Source of the DNA: Octopus bimaculoides
Lineage: Eukaryota
DNA: 55,300 nucleotides
Direction: 5' to 3'
NCBI RefSeq assembly: GCF_001194135.2
Contig: NC_068981.1
Location: 94,550,756 to 94,606,055, forward strand
Of this stretch, positions 10,546 through 21,138 are shown piece by piece. The position numbers were made by a program, and so were the translations under genes. The notes under the pieces were generated by a model that was not told the origin of the DNA, searched no databases, and saw nothing but the letters and a program-made list of their open reading frames with translations. The stretch's first letter is position 1, and the number at the start of each line of letters is the position of its first letter.

Positions 10546-11321
10546 AACTTTTCCGTTACGTAAAATACATTTCGCACGGTTTGATATCCTTTTAATTTCA
10601 AGTAGCATTGCTTTACACGTAAACACGTGAAGGTGTCCAACTGGCAGAGTTATAAGAGCGTTGGATAGATTACTTTTAGTCAATCATTCAGGATCTTGGA
10701 GCTCTGAGTTCAAATCCCAGCGAGGTTAAATTTACCTTTCATTCTTTCGGGGCCAATAAATAGAGTATCAGACCAGTATTGGGCCCAATTCTTCTCTTTC
10801 TTTCTTTGCTTGTCTTTCATTATCTCAACTTTTAGAAAAAATCGACTATAGTTAGATCTTAGGTGGGATGAGCACCGCCGCATTAATGTATTGGGGGCCC
10901 TATAGCATGGTTTAACATTATTCGATCAAGGATTGCGTGTATATGTTGTTATTCGGTCCTCTAGAAATAGTAGCCAAATCTTGCACAAATTACACCAATC
11001 ATCTTAAAACATGAAATACACACCAGATAAATGTAATCCTAAAAAGACTGAGAGATCATAGCTGGCATGCCTTTCATCATAGGTCGTCTCAATCAGGGCT
11101 AATCTGGGACTAAATAACGACTGTTACTATGATAAGTAGGAAGTCCTCGAGCAGGGGTTCAACTAAATAGTACTTTACTTAGGTTTTCAAAGAAATAAAA
11201 GTTTTTATTTTCCTCAAAAACACAAAAAAAAAAGAGGAAAAATGATTATAAATCTTCCTTTTGTCATTACTATAGAAGTGATACAGAAAGTAATACAATT
11301 TTTATTTGTATTAAAGCTCAA

Positions 11322-11490
11322 AGCCTGAAATTTTGCAGGAGAAGAACAGCCGACTACATCGACCCCAATACTTGACTTGTACTTAATTGTATCGGACCAG
11401 GAAGATGAAAGACAAAGTTAGACACGGCGTGATTTGAATTCAGAACGTAAAGAGCCAGAAAAAATGCCGCGGTTAATTTTGGTTTTTGCA
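11322..11490 (-). mobile_element. Family-1 SINE, degenerate
   Basis: gcctgaaatttt...cgactacatcgacccc...gatttgaattcagaacgtaaag. Confidence 0.7.
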
Positions 11491-11778
11491 AATCCACCGT
11501 CTTTATTTTGTCATTACTCTATGATTTCCATCTACAGTAAAGAGCATCTATGTGGAAAGTTTTTCATGCGATATTCATGCTTTAAAAGTTCACATACCTA
11601 TGAACCTCGTTCCGCATAGCTTGTTGTTTTGATGGGTGACATTACAGTGACAATTGCATGTTTGTAAGTTATTTTTAAACGTGACACATGATTGAAGAGT
11701 TTCTCTACACCCAAATCCAGTTCTGTTGAATGTCGTCACGAGTCTTTGTAGTGTACTCGTTATTACTTGTTAGTAGAT

Positions 11779-11831
<53 letters not shown>

Positions 11832-12274
11832 TGCGCGTTTATTCAGTTATGTGGACGTATATTCGCATTTGTATTTGTGTGCTGAAATATATTTACAAAA
11901 TGCAGCAATGTTTATTTGCAATATGATTTCAGTTAGAATCTCTAACGAAACATGTACAGGAAAACAATGCAATGAGCAGAACTGAATTTAAATTGGCTTA
12001 GCTATCTTTTTCATATCCAACAGCATCCCAAAATCTACGAAGAATTTTTTCAACCGCCAAAATTCATGAAGTGATCGTGGGTCCAATACCAGCTTTCTGA
12101 ATACTGATGGCCATAACCTCTTATAATCCGGAACTCGAAAATCCTACGGTCGCAAGACTAGTTTACTCGTACTTTGTACAGTACAGTATTAATAAGCAAG
12201 TATAATTTACACTAATGTACAGATACCTGCATTTCATTCAATTACATAAGTAAATTTAGTATTGCTTCTTTAAT

Positions 12275-12575
12275 ATTGCAGGCAATAGGGCCCTATGACG
12301 AACTTTCTTACCACAGCAAAGAAACGCTAGCTCAGGTGGTTTGGGCATATCACCCTCTCATCAGGGATGTCCAAAAAAAATCCTTGAAGGAACAATCAAA
12401 GGTGGCAGATGCAGAGGCAGACAGAGAAAGAGGTGAGGAAAGAGTATCTGTGAGTGGACAGGCCTAAAGATGAGGGACGCAGTGCGAGAGGCGGAAGCCA
12501 GGGACGGGAGGAAGAATCTGGCCGCAAAGTCATCAGTTGTGCCCCAACGGTCAGTCAGACTACAGAATATGTAAT
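12275..12575 (+). mobile_element. RTE-clade LINE 3' end (RT C-terminus)
   Basis: Frameshifted translation gives ..LRWFGHIT.SSG.SK.ILEGTIKGGRCRGRQRK.W...I.EWTGL, the typical RTE ORF2 end. Confidence 0.85.
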
Positions 12576-12985
12576 GAAATGTGCTGTTGCTTCCTTTGGT
12601 GTGTTCAGCTCTGGTTCAGAAAAATCAGTAATCCGGGAACTAAAGATTCTTGAAAATCAATGTTGTTCGTATATTTACAAAATCAGTCTTTTATACACTG
12701 AAGCTATTTCCCACTTCGTGATTTAATATACACACATACACACCATACATATGTATATATGTACGTATTAATGTCGGTATATGAATGTACGTATGTATGG
12801 ATTTATCAATGTCTGTATATAAATGTCTGTATGAATTTCTTTGTCGTTCCCTTTGTGCCATCGTTTTCATTTTTATTTATAAATAACGCTACGTACACAT
12901 TTTCTCCACTTCCAGATGCTTTCTTATTGTCCAGTTGCCTATCTATTTATCTATCTATCAATCTATCTATCTATCTATCTGTCTA

Positions 12986-13023
<38 letters not shown>

Positions 13024-13138
13024 GTTCTCTATCGTTCTATCACAGGGTAGAAGTAGAAACCAAAGAGACGAGTAAAAAGAGGGAGAGGAAATATTTTAAG
13101 ACTTGACCTGTTGGGTAAGACCAAAGAGTAGTATATAT

Positions 13139-14089
13139 NNNNNNNNNNNNNNNNNNNNNNNNNNNNNNNNNNNNNNNNNNNNNNNNNNNNNNNNNNNNNN
13201 NNNNNNNNNNNNNNNNNNNNNNNNNNNNNNNNNNNNNNNNNNNNNNNNNNNNNNNNNNNNNNNNNNNNNNNNNNNNNNNNNNNNNNNNNNNNNNNNNNNN
13301 NNNNNNNNNNNNNNNNNNNNNNNNNNNNNNNNNNNNNNNNNNNNNNNNNNNNNNNNNNNNNNNNNNNNNNNNNNNNNNNNNNNNNNNNNNNNNNNNNNNN
13401 NNNNNNNNNNNNNNNNNNNNNNNNNNNNNNNNNNNNNNNNNNNNNNNNNNNNNNNNNNNNNNNNNNNNNNNNNNNNNNNNNNNNNNNNNNNNNNNNNNNN
13501 NNNNNNNNNNNNNNNNNNNNNNNNNNNNNNNNNNNNNNNNNNNNNNNNNNNNNNNNNNNNNNNNNNNNNNNNNNNNNNNNNNNNNNNNNNNNNNNNNNNN
13601 NNNNNNNNNNNNNNNNNNNNNNNNNNNNNNNNNNNNNNNNNNNNNNNNNNNNNNNNNNNNNNNNNNNNNNNNNNNNNNNNNNNNNNNNNNNNNNNNNNNN
13701 NNNNNNNNNNNNNNNNNNNNNNNNNNNNNNNNNNNNNNNNNNNNNNNNNNNNNNNNNNNNNNNNNNNNNNNNNNNNNNNNNNNNNNNNNNNNNNNNNNNN
13801 NNNNNNNNNNNNNNNNNNNNNNNNNNNNNNNNNNNNNNNNNNNNNNNNNNNNNNNNNNNNNNNNNNNNNNNNNNNNNNNNNNNNNNNNNNNNNNNNNNNN
13901 NNNNNNNNNNNNNNNNNNNNNNNNNNNNNNNNNNNNNNNNNNNNNNNNNNNNNNNNNNNNNNNNNNNNNNNNNNNNNNNNNNNNNNNNNNNNNNNNNNNN
14001 NNNNNNNNNNNNNNNNNNNNNNNNNNNNNNNNNNNNNNNNNNNNNNNNNNNNNNNNNNNNNNNNNNNNNNNNNNNNNNNNNNNNNNNNN
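13139..14089. other. Assembly gap (further large gaps at 19824-20031, 35437-35916, 40330-41046, 44694-45270, 48264-49007)
   Basis: Runs of N, mostly flanked by (TA)n or other simple repeats. Confidence 0.99.
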
Positions 14090-14545
14090 ATATATATATA
14101 TGTATATACGTGCAGTATACATACACATGCAGCATATATACACATTTACGTATATGTATGCACACTCGCACGTCCAAACATACATAGACATATACATACA
14201 TGCGTATGCATGCTTAGACGCACATACATATATCATTGTGCGAATGTCAATATGATTTACTCACTTCACTTATTCAAAAAGAACCTAACCTGACACTCTC
14301 TACCTTAATTCACACACTCTGTACACAAAAGGACCTTGTCAGAATACCGTCTTAAACCCAACGCCTATAAGATATTTTCTTTATTGACATTTCCTTCGAT
14401 TAGTCATATATTTTTTCATTTATAATTGTTATAAATTTCTATCTTCTATTCCCTTCTCCAACCCAAATTTTCCAAATTTTTAACTTAAGCCATAATACAA
14501 AGCATAATGTAGGCAATTCTTTTAAAGTCACTAATCCAGACACTA

Positions 14546-15510
14546 CCAGTTGCGCACTGGGGTCGATGTAATCGACTTAATCCCTTTGTCTGTCCTTGTT
14601 TGTCCCCTCTATGTTTAGTCCCTTGTGGGTAATAAAGAAAAAAGAAACGTTACCACGTCAGGTGAAATGCTTAGCAGTATTTCGTTTATCTTTACGTTCT
14701 GAGTTAAAAAATCCGTCGAGGTCGACTTTACCTTTTATCTTTTCGGGGTCGATAAATTAAGTACCAGTTGCGTACTAGGGTCGGTCTAATCGAGTGGCCC
14801 TTTCCCCCAAAATTTCGGGCCTTCTGCCTAGAGTAGAAAAGAATATTGGTTTCAAATAAGGCGGCGAGCTGGCAGAAACGTCAGCACGCCGGGCGAAATG
14901 CTTAGCGTATTTCGTCTGTCTTTACGTTCTGAGTTCAAGTTTCACCGCGGTCCCATTTGCCTTTCATCCTTTCAGGGTTGATAAATTAAATACCAGTTGC
15001 ATACGGGGTTCGATCTAATCGACCGCCCGTTCCCCCCAAATTTCGGGCCTTGTGCCTAGAGTAGAAAAGAAGATTGGTTTCAAATTTTGGTACAAGGCCA
15101 GCAATTTCGGGTGAGGGATAAGTCGATTACATCAATATCAGTATTCAGCTGGTACTCATTTTATCGACTCCGAAAGGATGGGAAAGGGACAGAGTCGACC
15201 TCGGCGGTATTTGAACTCCGACTTAAGGGCCGATGAAATACCGCGCAGCCTCTTTCTCGGCGTGTTAACGATTCGCCTTAAAGACCGCTTTTAATATTGA
15301 TTCTAAATTTTGGCACAAGGCCATCAATTACGGGAGAGGGAATAAGTCGAATACATCTACCCCAGTGTTCAACTGATGCTTATTTTACCGACCTCGCAAG
15401 AATGAAAGGCAGAGCTTTCCCCAGCGGAATTTGAACTCAGAAGGTAAAGACGGACGAAATATTGCTAAGCATTTTACCCGATGCGTAACGATTCGACCAG
15501 CCAGCCGCTT
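14546..15510. mobile_element. Cluster of five family-1 SINE segments: three on + (14546-14645, 14658-14845, 14858-15070) then two on - (15076-15292, 15297-15510)
   Basis: Repeated body ttctgagttcaaattccgccgaggtcgactttgcctttcatcctttcggggtcgataaattaagtaccag in both orientations; tail-to-tail junction near 15072. Confidence 0.88.
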
Positions 15511-17056
15511 GACCACTTTTGGTATTAACCTATATTTTCTTTTACGAGTCACTTACATGACTATAGTTATTTAATGTGTAACTTGAGTTAACTCTAGCGA
15601 GATAGCTCGTCCATATCAACCCATATCTTCTCGAAACGGCCGTAAGATTTTGTACTTATTAAGGATTCCTCATGAATCATCTTATACTAAATTTCTTATC
15701 TCCCCTCCTCATTGATTCTAATACAGACATTCGGACCTCGCAATTCTTATATGTATATAAATGTTTATATAATTATGAATTTTTATATATTTATAAATCT
15801 TCGTATGTATATGTGTTTATGAATTCTTATAAATTTTTATCATGTCTCGTATATGTGAACGCATCTATGTATATTGTATGTTGTGAAGAATTTCGATAAT
15901 TTGAAATGGATTGAATGAATATGTACACCGATTTTTGAAATTTGTTTCTCTCCTTCTTAATTTTAAATATATAATATTTGGTTTTAGACATTTCATTCCT
16001 AATTTCTGATTAATTATTGGCAGTACTATAATTAACCTACAAAATCATCCATATTAGATGTAAAGTTAACCATTGTTTTTGTTGTATCTCAGGAGGTTCA
16101 TTACGTGAATTACAATAACACACGCAACGGTTCAATATCACGGTTAAATGTTGTAGGAGTGGTGGGGTTGGCAGGGTTAATTCCGTATCTATCGGTGGGT
16201 CTGGAACGAAGATCGGGTGGTGGTTGGGGTTGAAAGTTGTAGGAGTGGCGGGGTTGGTCGGGTTACTTCCGTTCGGAACCCGTGGTGGAGAGAGGTTAGC
16301 TTCTCTCGAGCGTACCGAAGTTGCTGGAGAATGAGAGGTCAGAGGTCGATCTATTGTCACATAGTCGCTCCAGTTGGTCGTTCGACGCATGCCTCCGCCA
16401 CCAAGAATGGATAGGTTGAAGTGGTGGCAACTCCCCCCAGTCGGCAGTCGTCGGTGATTGGGAGATAAAGAGCAACGAATATACAAGAATAAGGTGGGGG
16501 GAAAGAAGAAAAAGGGAAAAAATGAAGGAGATAGGAAAAGAAAAGAAAAATGACAAAACTTTACAAAGCGCTATCAAAAATGTTGAACGAGTCACACACA
16601 TGCGACATCTTCCAAAATCCTCCAAAATGGCAGAGGGAATAGAGCAAAACAATATAAAGAAGATAAACTGTTGAATAGTTCAGTTCAAGATCAAAAGCGG
16701 TGAAACGCAAAAAAAAAAGAAAAAAAAACAGAGCGCAGATCATTAATGCTTTTGTAATAGACGTTACGTTAACTCTCACGTGAAATAGTGTGATTTCTTT
16801 TCACTTGGTGTGTGGTGTGCATCTACCTACAGATTTGTGTGAATATTGTTGTTTGTACAATTGGTACCTACTGTGATCACTGCGGATGTAGTAATTTAGA
16901 TTTTTTTCTCCCTTTCCCCTTCCCTTTCCGCTCGCCTTTGCAGAAACGTCGCAAGCAATTAGCGTTAATTCTTACTTAAAAAATTTTTTTTTACTGGATT
17001 CAGTCAATGGACTATAGCCATGCTGAAACAACAGATTTTTGTCGATTATAGTTCAC

Positions 17057-17763
17057 CAAGACTTCCTTCCGCGCCCCACCATTTTCTCGTAAATTATTGT
17101 TCTTTTTAATTTTTTTTTTTTTTGCCAAAAAACTCACATTTTCGGATACAGAGATTCCGGAAAATTGCCAAAAGTCGGAATTTTAAAATTGCTTGCCCCC
17201 TTACCCCTCCATCCCCAATTTCTTCATTCTTCACTTTTTTCCGTAACCCTAACCCTAAAACCCCAACCCTTACCCTAAAACCCTAACCATAACCCTAAAA
17301 CCCTAACCCTAACCCTAACCCTAAAGCTCTAACCCTAAAACCCTAACCCTAAACCTAAAATCCTAACTCTAAAATCCTAACCCTAACCCTAAAACACTAA
17401 CTCTAAAACCCTAACCCTAAAACCCTAACCCTAACCCTAAGTAGAATCATTATCTCCATATTTTTTCGCATATTTTGAAAGAAAAAATTGTGAAAAAAAA
17501 ATTTTGCAAAAAGTTTTGGAAATTTTTTTCAGGATCATAATCTCCGTATTTTTCCGCATATTTTGAAAAAAATATCCTGAAAAAAGTTAAAAATGAAGAA
17601 TTTAGTATGTGTGTGTGTGTGTNNNNNNNNNNNNNNNNNNNNNNNNNNNNNNNNGCAGATTCGTATTCTCCGTAGCCGAAAACGAGGGTGTGTGTATAAA
17701 AAAATTTAAATAAAAAAGGGGTGTTTTTTTTTGGTGGGGGGGGGGGTACAAAAGGAAGTCCTG
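17057..17763. mobile_element. Candidate TIR-bounded element carrying a telomere-like array
   Basis: caagacttcctt (17057-17068) vs aaggaagtcctg (17752-17763), 11/12 inverted match, each with ccccacca/tggtgggg just inside; no TSD identified. Confidence 0.4.
17244..17440. repeat. Interstitial telomere-like repeat, (TAACCC)n interleaved with TAAAACCC
   Basis: Direct reading: taaccctaaccctaaaaccc...; reverse complement TTAGGG/TTTTAGGG. Confidence 0.92.
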
Positions 17764-18399
17764 CCGTTCTCCCAACACCACTGTACAATGTGATCTTTGC
17801 AATCAAGCAAAGCCCTCAGTACTTTGCTTGCTTCTTATTTTATCCTCATTATAAAGAGAAAAGACAAAGCAACTTGTGTGTAAAGACGCGTAACCACTAC
17901 ATAAATATCATAATCTAATTTTCATCGACACATTGACCCCACAAGTCTTTGCTGATGCAGACGCACACAAACGCGCGGATTTGCGTATGCGTCGCAAGAC
18001 ACTTGTGATGGGATCAAAGCCGAAACTAATTGGTAATAAACAAACAAAAAGCTACTATATTTCTAATCCAAATAGTTTACGTGTACTTCTATTTATATTT
18101 ACCCCTATAAACTGATTACGACTAAAGCAGATAACAAACATTGATAAAACGTAAATGTAAACAATGGCAAAGAAAATGTAATAATTACGTCTAAAGTCTC
18201 TCCATGATAACCAAATTTTGTTTTGATGAACTGCGGTCAATGTCGCATACATCACATGGGAGTTATTCTGTTTTCTGAATACTTACTCACAGTTCTAGGA
18301 AGGCTCTGCAAAAATTTCACTGATACTGCTGGTTACAGCGATAAAAGCATGCAGGCCATTTAATCTCAGTCGAACTTCGCTTATTTATGCATTTGTTAT

Positions 18400-18735
18400 T
18401 ATCATTATTCTTTTTAGCTGAAGTTTTGTTGTAACACTTGGAGTCTTGCATGCGTAGCGGGTTTGCTACCTGCAGCCTACGGTATCGTGCTACCTGTTCT
18501 TTTCAAATATCTAATACTTTCTTGATTATTCTGCCTGTGCCAAGGAGATAAACTTTTTGTAACAGTTCTTCTGGGTACTCTATCTCGATTTCCTTTATAT
18601 TCCTCTTGATGCCTTCTGATACTGTCCCCAAGGACGCAACAATAATTGGCACTATCTTCTCCTTTATTTTCCATAGCCGGGCCATTTCATACTTAAGATT
18701 ATTGTATATGTCTATTTCTTTTTTTTTTGTTTGGC
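18400..18735 (-). mobile_element. R4/Dong-clade LINE 3' end (restriction-like endonuclease C-terminus)
   Basis: Translation YNNLKYEMARLWKIKEKIVPIIVASLGTV...LQKVYLLGTGRIIKKVL; ends in an aat-rich tail. Confidence 0.85.
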
Positions 18736-19082
18736 CTTCCATTATTATTATTATTATTATTTGCATATGAAGATACGCTCTCAACACAGTATATACACTC
18801 ATGCCTCTGTTTCAAAGAGCTATCTCCTTTAATATTCTGCTTTTAACCTCATAAATGAATAAAGCAACAAAGGTTTCAGGAATTTGGTATTTCAATCGTG
18901 CAAGTACAGAGACAACATATGAATTAGCAACACATTAGCTGAGAAGCCAACAGTTTGTCCCATTCAACTGGCATAAAATATCAAATAAGCAAATTACAGA
19001 TCACATTTTTTGTTCTTTGATTAGTCTTTCAATAAACAATTACATCTTCATGCTTAAACAAATGTATTCCTTCTTCAATGCT

Positions 19083-19732
19083 TTGTTATCGTTTGGCTTG
19101 GGTTTAGAAGTTCAAAGTCGGCTAAACCTTTTATATTCTACCAAACAGATAGCAACACTTTACGTGGGTGAAGACCTTCTTTAGTCTGGGGTGCCAGTGT
19201 TTCTCCTTTCCGTACCCACTGTCATCGGTGCATGACATTTTTAAAGGGAGCCTATTTCTCGCAACCAGTCGTTATTCGTTCCAAAAAAAGTTCATTGATT
19301 AGACGTGACACCAAAGAAAAGCACACATTCACTCTCTACGCAGGATTATACTCGGAAAGTTTGTGAGGAACTCAATGACCCAATTTGCTGACTTTTCCGA
19401 TGGCACTCAGATGTCGATGAATGGTTGAATGACTAAATCCAAGCTACTCTTCTAGTTCCTCAACAGTTACGATGAGATTTTGTTTCATCCGGGTCTGCTG
19501 GATGTCTTCGTCGAACTCTACATATCTTCCAGTACGAGGCTCCTCTTCTAGGCTGTAGTTTCTGGCTCGAAACTTCTGGAACCACTGCTGACACTGGTTT
19601 ACGCTTATTGTCCGATCCCCATATACTGCAACCTCCTTTTATAGCAAGTTGATGGAGGTAGTTTATCCCGTTCATCTCCGACTTTTAGTTCATGTAATTG
19701 AAAAAAACCGCATTATTTATGGGATGACCCGA
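19083..19732 (-). mobile_element. mariner transposon remnant (left TIR, TATA box, internally deleted transposase)
   Basis: Minus-strand translation YGDRTISVNQCQQWFQKFR...LEEEPRTGR...GH*VPHKL...LHPRKVLLSVW (HTH, WVPHEL-like and LHP.K..L.VW motifs); TIR tcgggtcatcccataaataatgcgg flanked by TA. Confidence 0.88.
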
Positions 19733-19779
19733 TACATACATGTATGTATGTATCGGGTCATCCCATATATATATGTATG

Positions 19780-19823
<44 letters not shown>

Positions 19824-20050
19824 NNNNNNNNNNNNNNNNNNNNNNNNNNNNNNNNNNNNNNNNNNNNNNNNNNNNNNNNNNNNNNNNNNNNNNNNNNNNN
19901 NNNNNNNNNNNNNNNNNNNNNNNNNNNNNNNNNNNNNNNNNNNNNNNNNNNNNNNNNNNNNNNNNNNNNNNNNNNNNNNNNNNNNNNNNNNNNNNNNNNN
20001 NNNNNNNNNNNNNNNNNNNNNNNNNNNNNNNTCCGATCTTATATAGGGTT

Positions 20051-20193
20051 ATTTCAGTTTCCGTCTACCAAATCTATTCACAAAGCCTTGGTCGGCCTGA
20101 GGCTATAGTTGAACACATTCACCCAAGGTGCTACGCAGTGGGACTGAACCCGGAACTATGTGGTTGGAAAGCAAGCTTCTTACCACACAGCCA
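20051..20193 (-). mobile_element. CORE-type SINE, 5' half
   Basis: Minus strand: ggctgtgtggtaagaagcttgctttccaaccacatagttccgggttcagtcccactgcgtagcaccttgggtgaatgtg. Confidence 0.85.
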
Positions 20194-20645
20194 TATACTT
20201 TTTATTTATTCCCTCATTCATGATACTATTCTTCACTATAACTCACTATCTAACCTTTATTTATTTATTTACCAATTATCACTCTGATTATATTCACATA
20301 TTATCCATCACCCACTAAAACAACTTATGACCCCCTAACCCAGGTTTATACCAATATTAGCAATAAAATAATATTCAGGCTGCTGAGATGATTCGAAAAC
20401 AAAACACCTAATAACCTGACGGTATATCTTTTCCTATCCTTCTGATGAGATTTTGCCAAATATAATGATTAATGATTGCTACTTTCATCTTTAGGCTTTA
20501 TTGAAACAGCTGTAAGAAAATATGTTGGATTTTTGGTGATAAATTTTTATTACTATACCTCCATTTTGTTAATATATATACATGTGCGTGTGTGTGTTTG
20601 TGTAACATATGGTATAATTATAAACAGGGCAACTTTTTAGCCATG

Positions 20646-20747
20646 TCTCCGCAGACTGAAAAAAAATGATGAACGACCTTAATCGATTTTCGAACCTTAT
20701 TGGATTCTCATCAGAGGCGTCTACCTCATTCTGACAGTCTCCGGAGA
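20646..20747 (-). ncRNA. Type I hammerhead ribozyme motif (intact core, extended stem I)
   Basis: Minus strand gcct-CTGATGA-gaatc(caataa)ggttc-GAAA-atcgat-TA-aggt; core at 20676-20718; distal helix 20646-20658 with 20735-20747 (12/13 pairs). Confidence 0.75.
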
Positions 20748-20880
20748 AACAAGCAGCCAAACTGTATATATATTCAACAAATGCAGCAGTTACTCGATGA
20801 AGGAGTCCCTAATTTGCATGCCGAAAGTGTTTAACACTATAAATACCAGCAGCTTGTCAACGGAGATTTATATATGTTTG

Positions 20881-20911
<31 letters not shown>

Positions 20912-21105
20912 TAATAGTAATGGTAAGACAACAAAAGAATGAAAGAGACCTCGATATTATGTAAACAGAGGAATTTATTTGTCATACAATATTCGGTTGC
21001 CATAATAAAACTCCAGTCATTTTCATCACATATTTTAATTGCCTCGATAATTGAAGAGATGCCGGTGCAGGTTTCCGACCCGACATTCGATACTCNNNNN
21101 NNNNN

Positions 21106-21138
<33 letters not shown>

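Noticed and set aside
15590-15650. Hammerhead-like cgaaacggccgta with a possible Penelope remnant at 15560-16000
   Set aside because: A palindromic stem III is present, but the upstream core is three changes from CUGANGA and stems I/II are unconvincing; the protein similarity is too weak to call.
16037-16486. 149-aa Pro/Thr-rich ORF with an internal 86-bp-period duplication
   Set aside because: No recognisable domain; openness is explained by low complexity and duplication. It may be a retroelement 5' region, but I cannot support that.
17244-17440. True chromosome end
   Set aside because: The array is short, degenerate and flanked by 17 kb and 38 kb of ordinary sequence.
19470-19525. Hammerhead-like gaaga-catcc...ggat-gaaac on the minus strand
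   Set aside because: The core is not CUGANGA, and the segment is explained as mariner transposase coding sequence.
20793-20835. ctcgatgaagg...gcatgccgaaag hammerhead-like motif on the plus strand
   Set aside because: Insertion in the core, poor stem II and no stem I; at best a dead relic.
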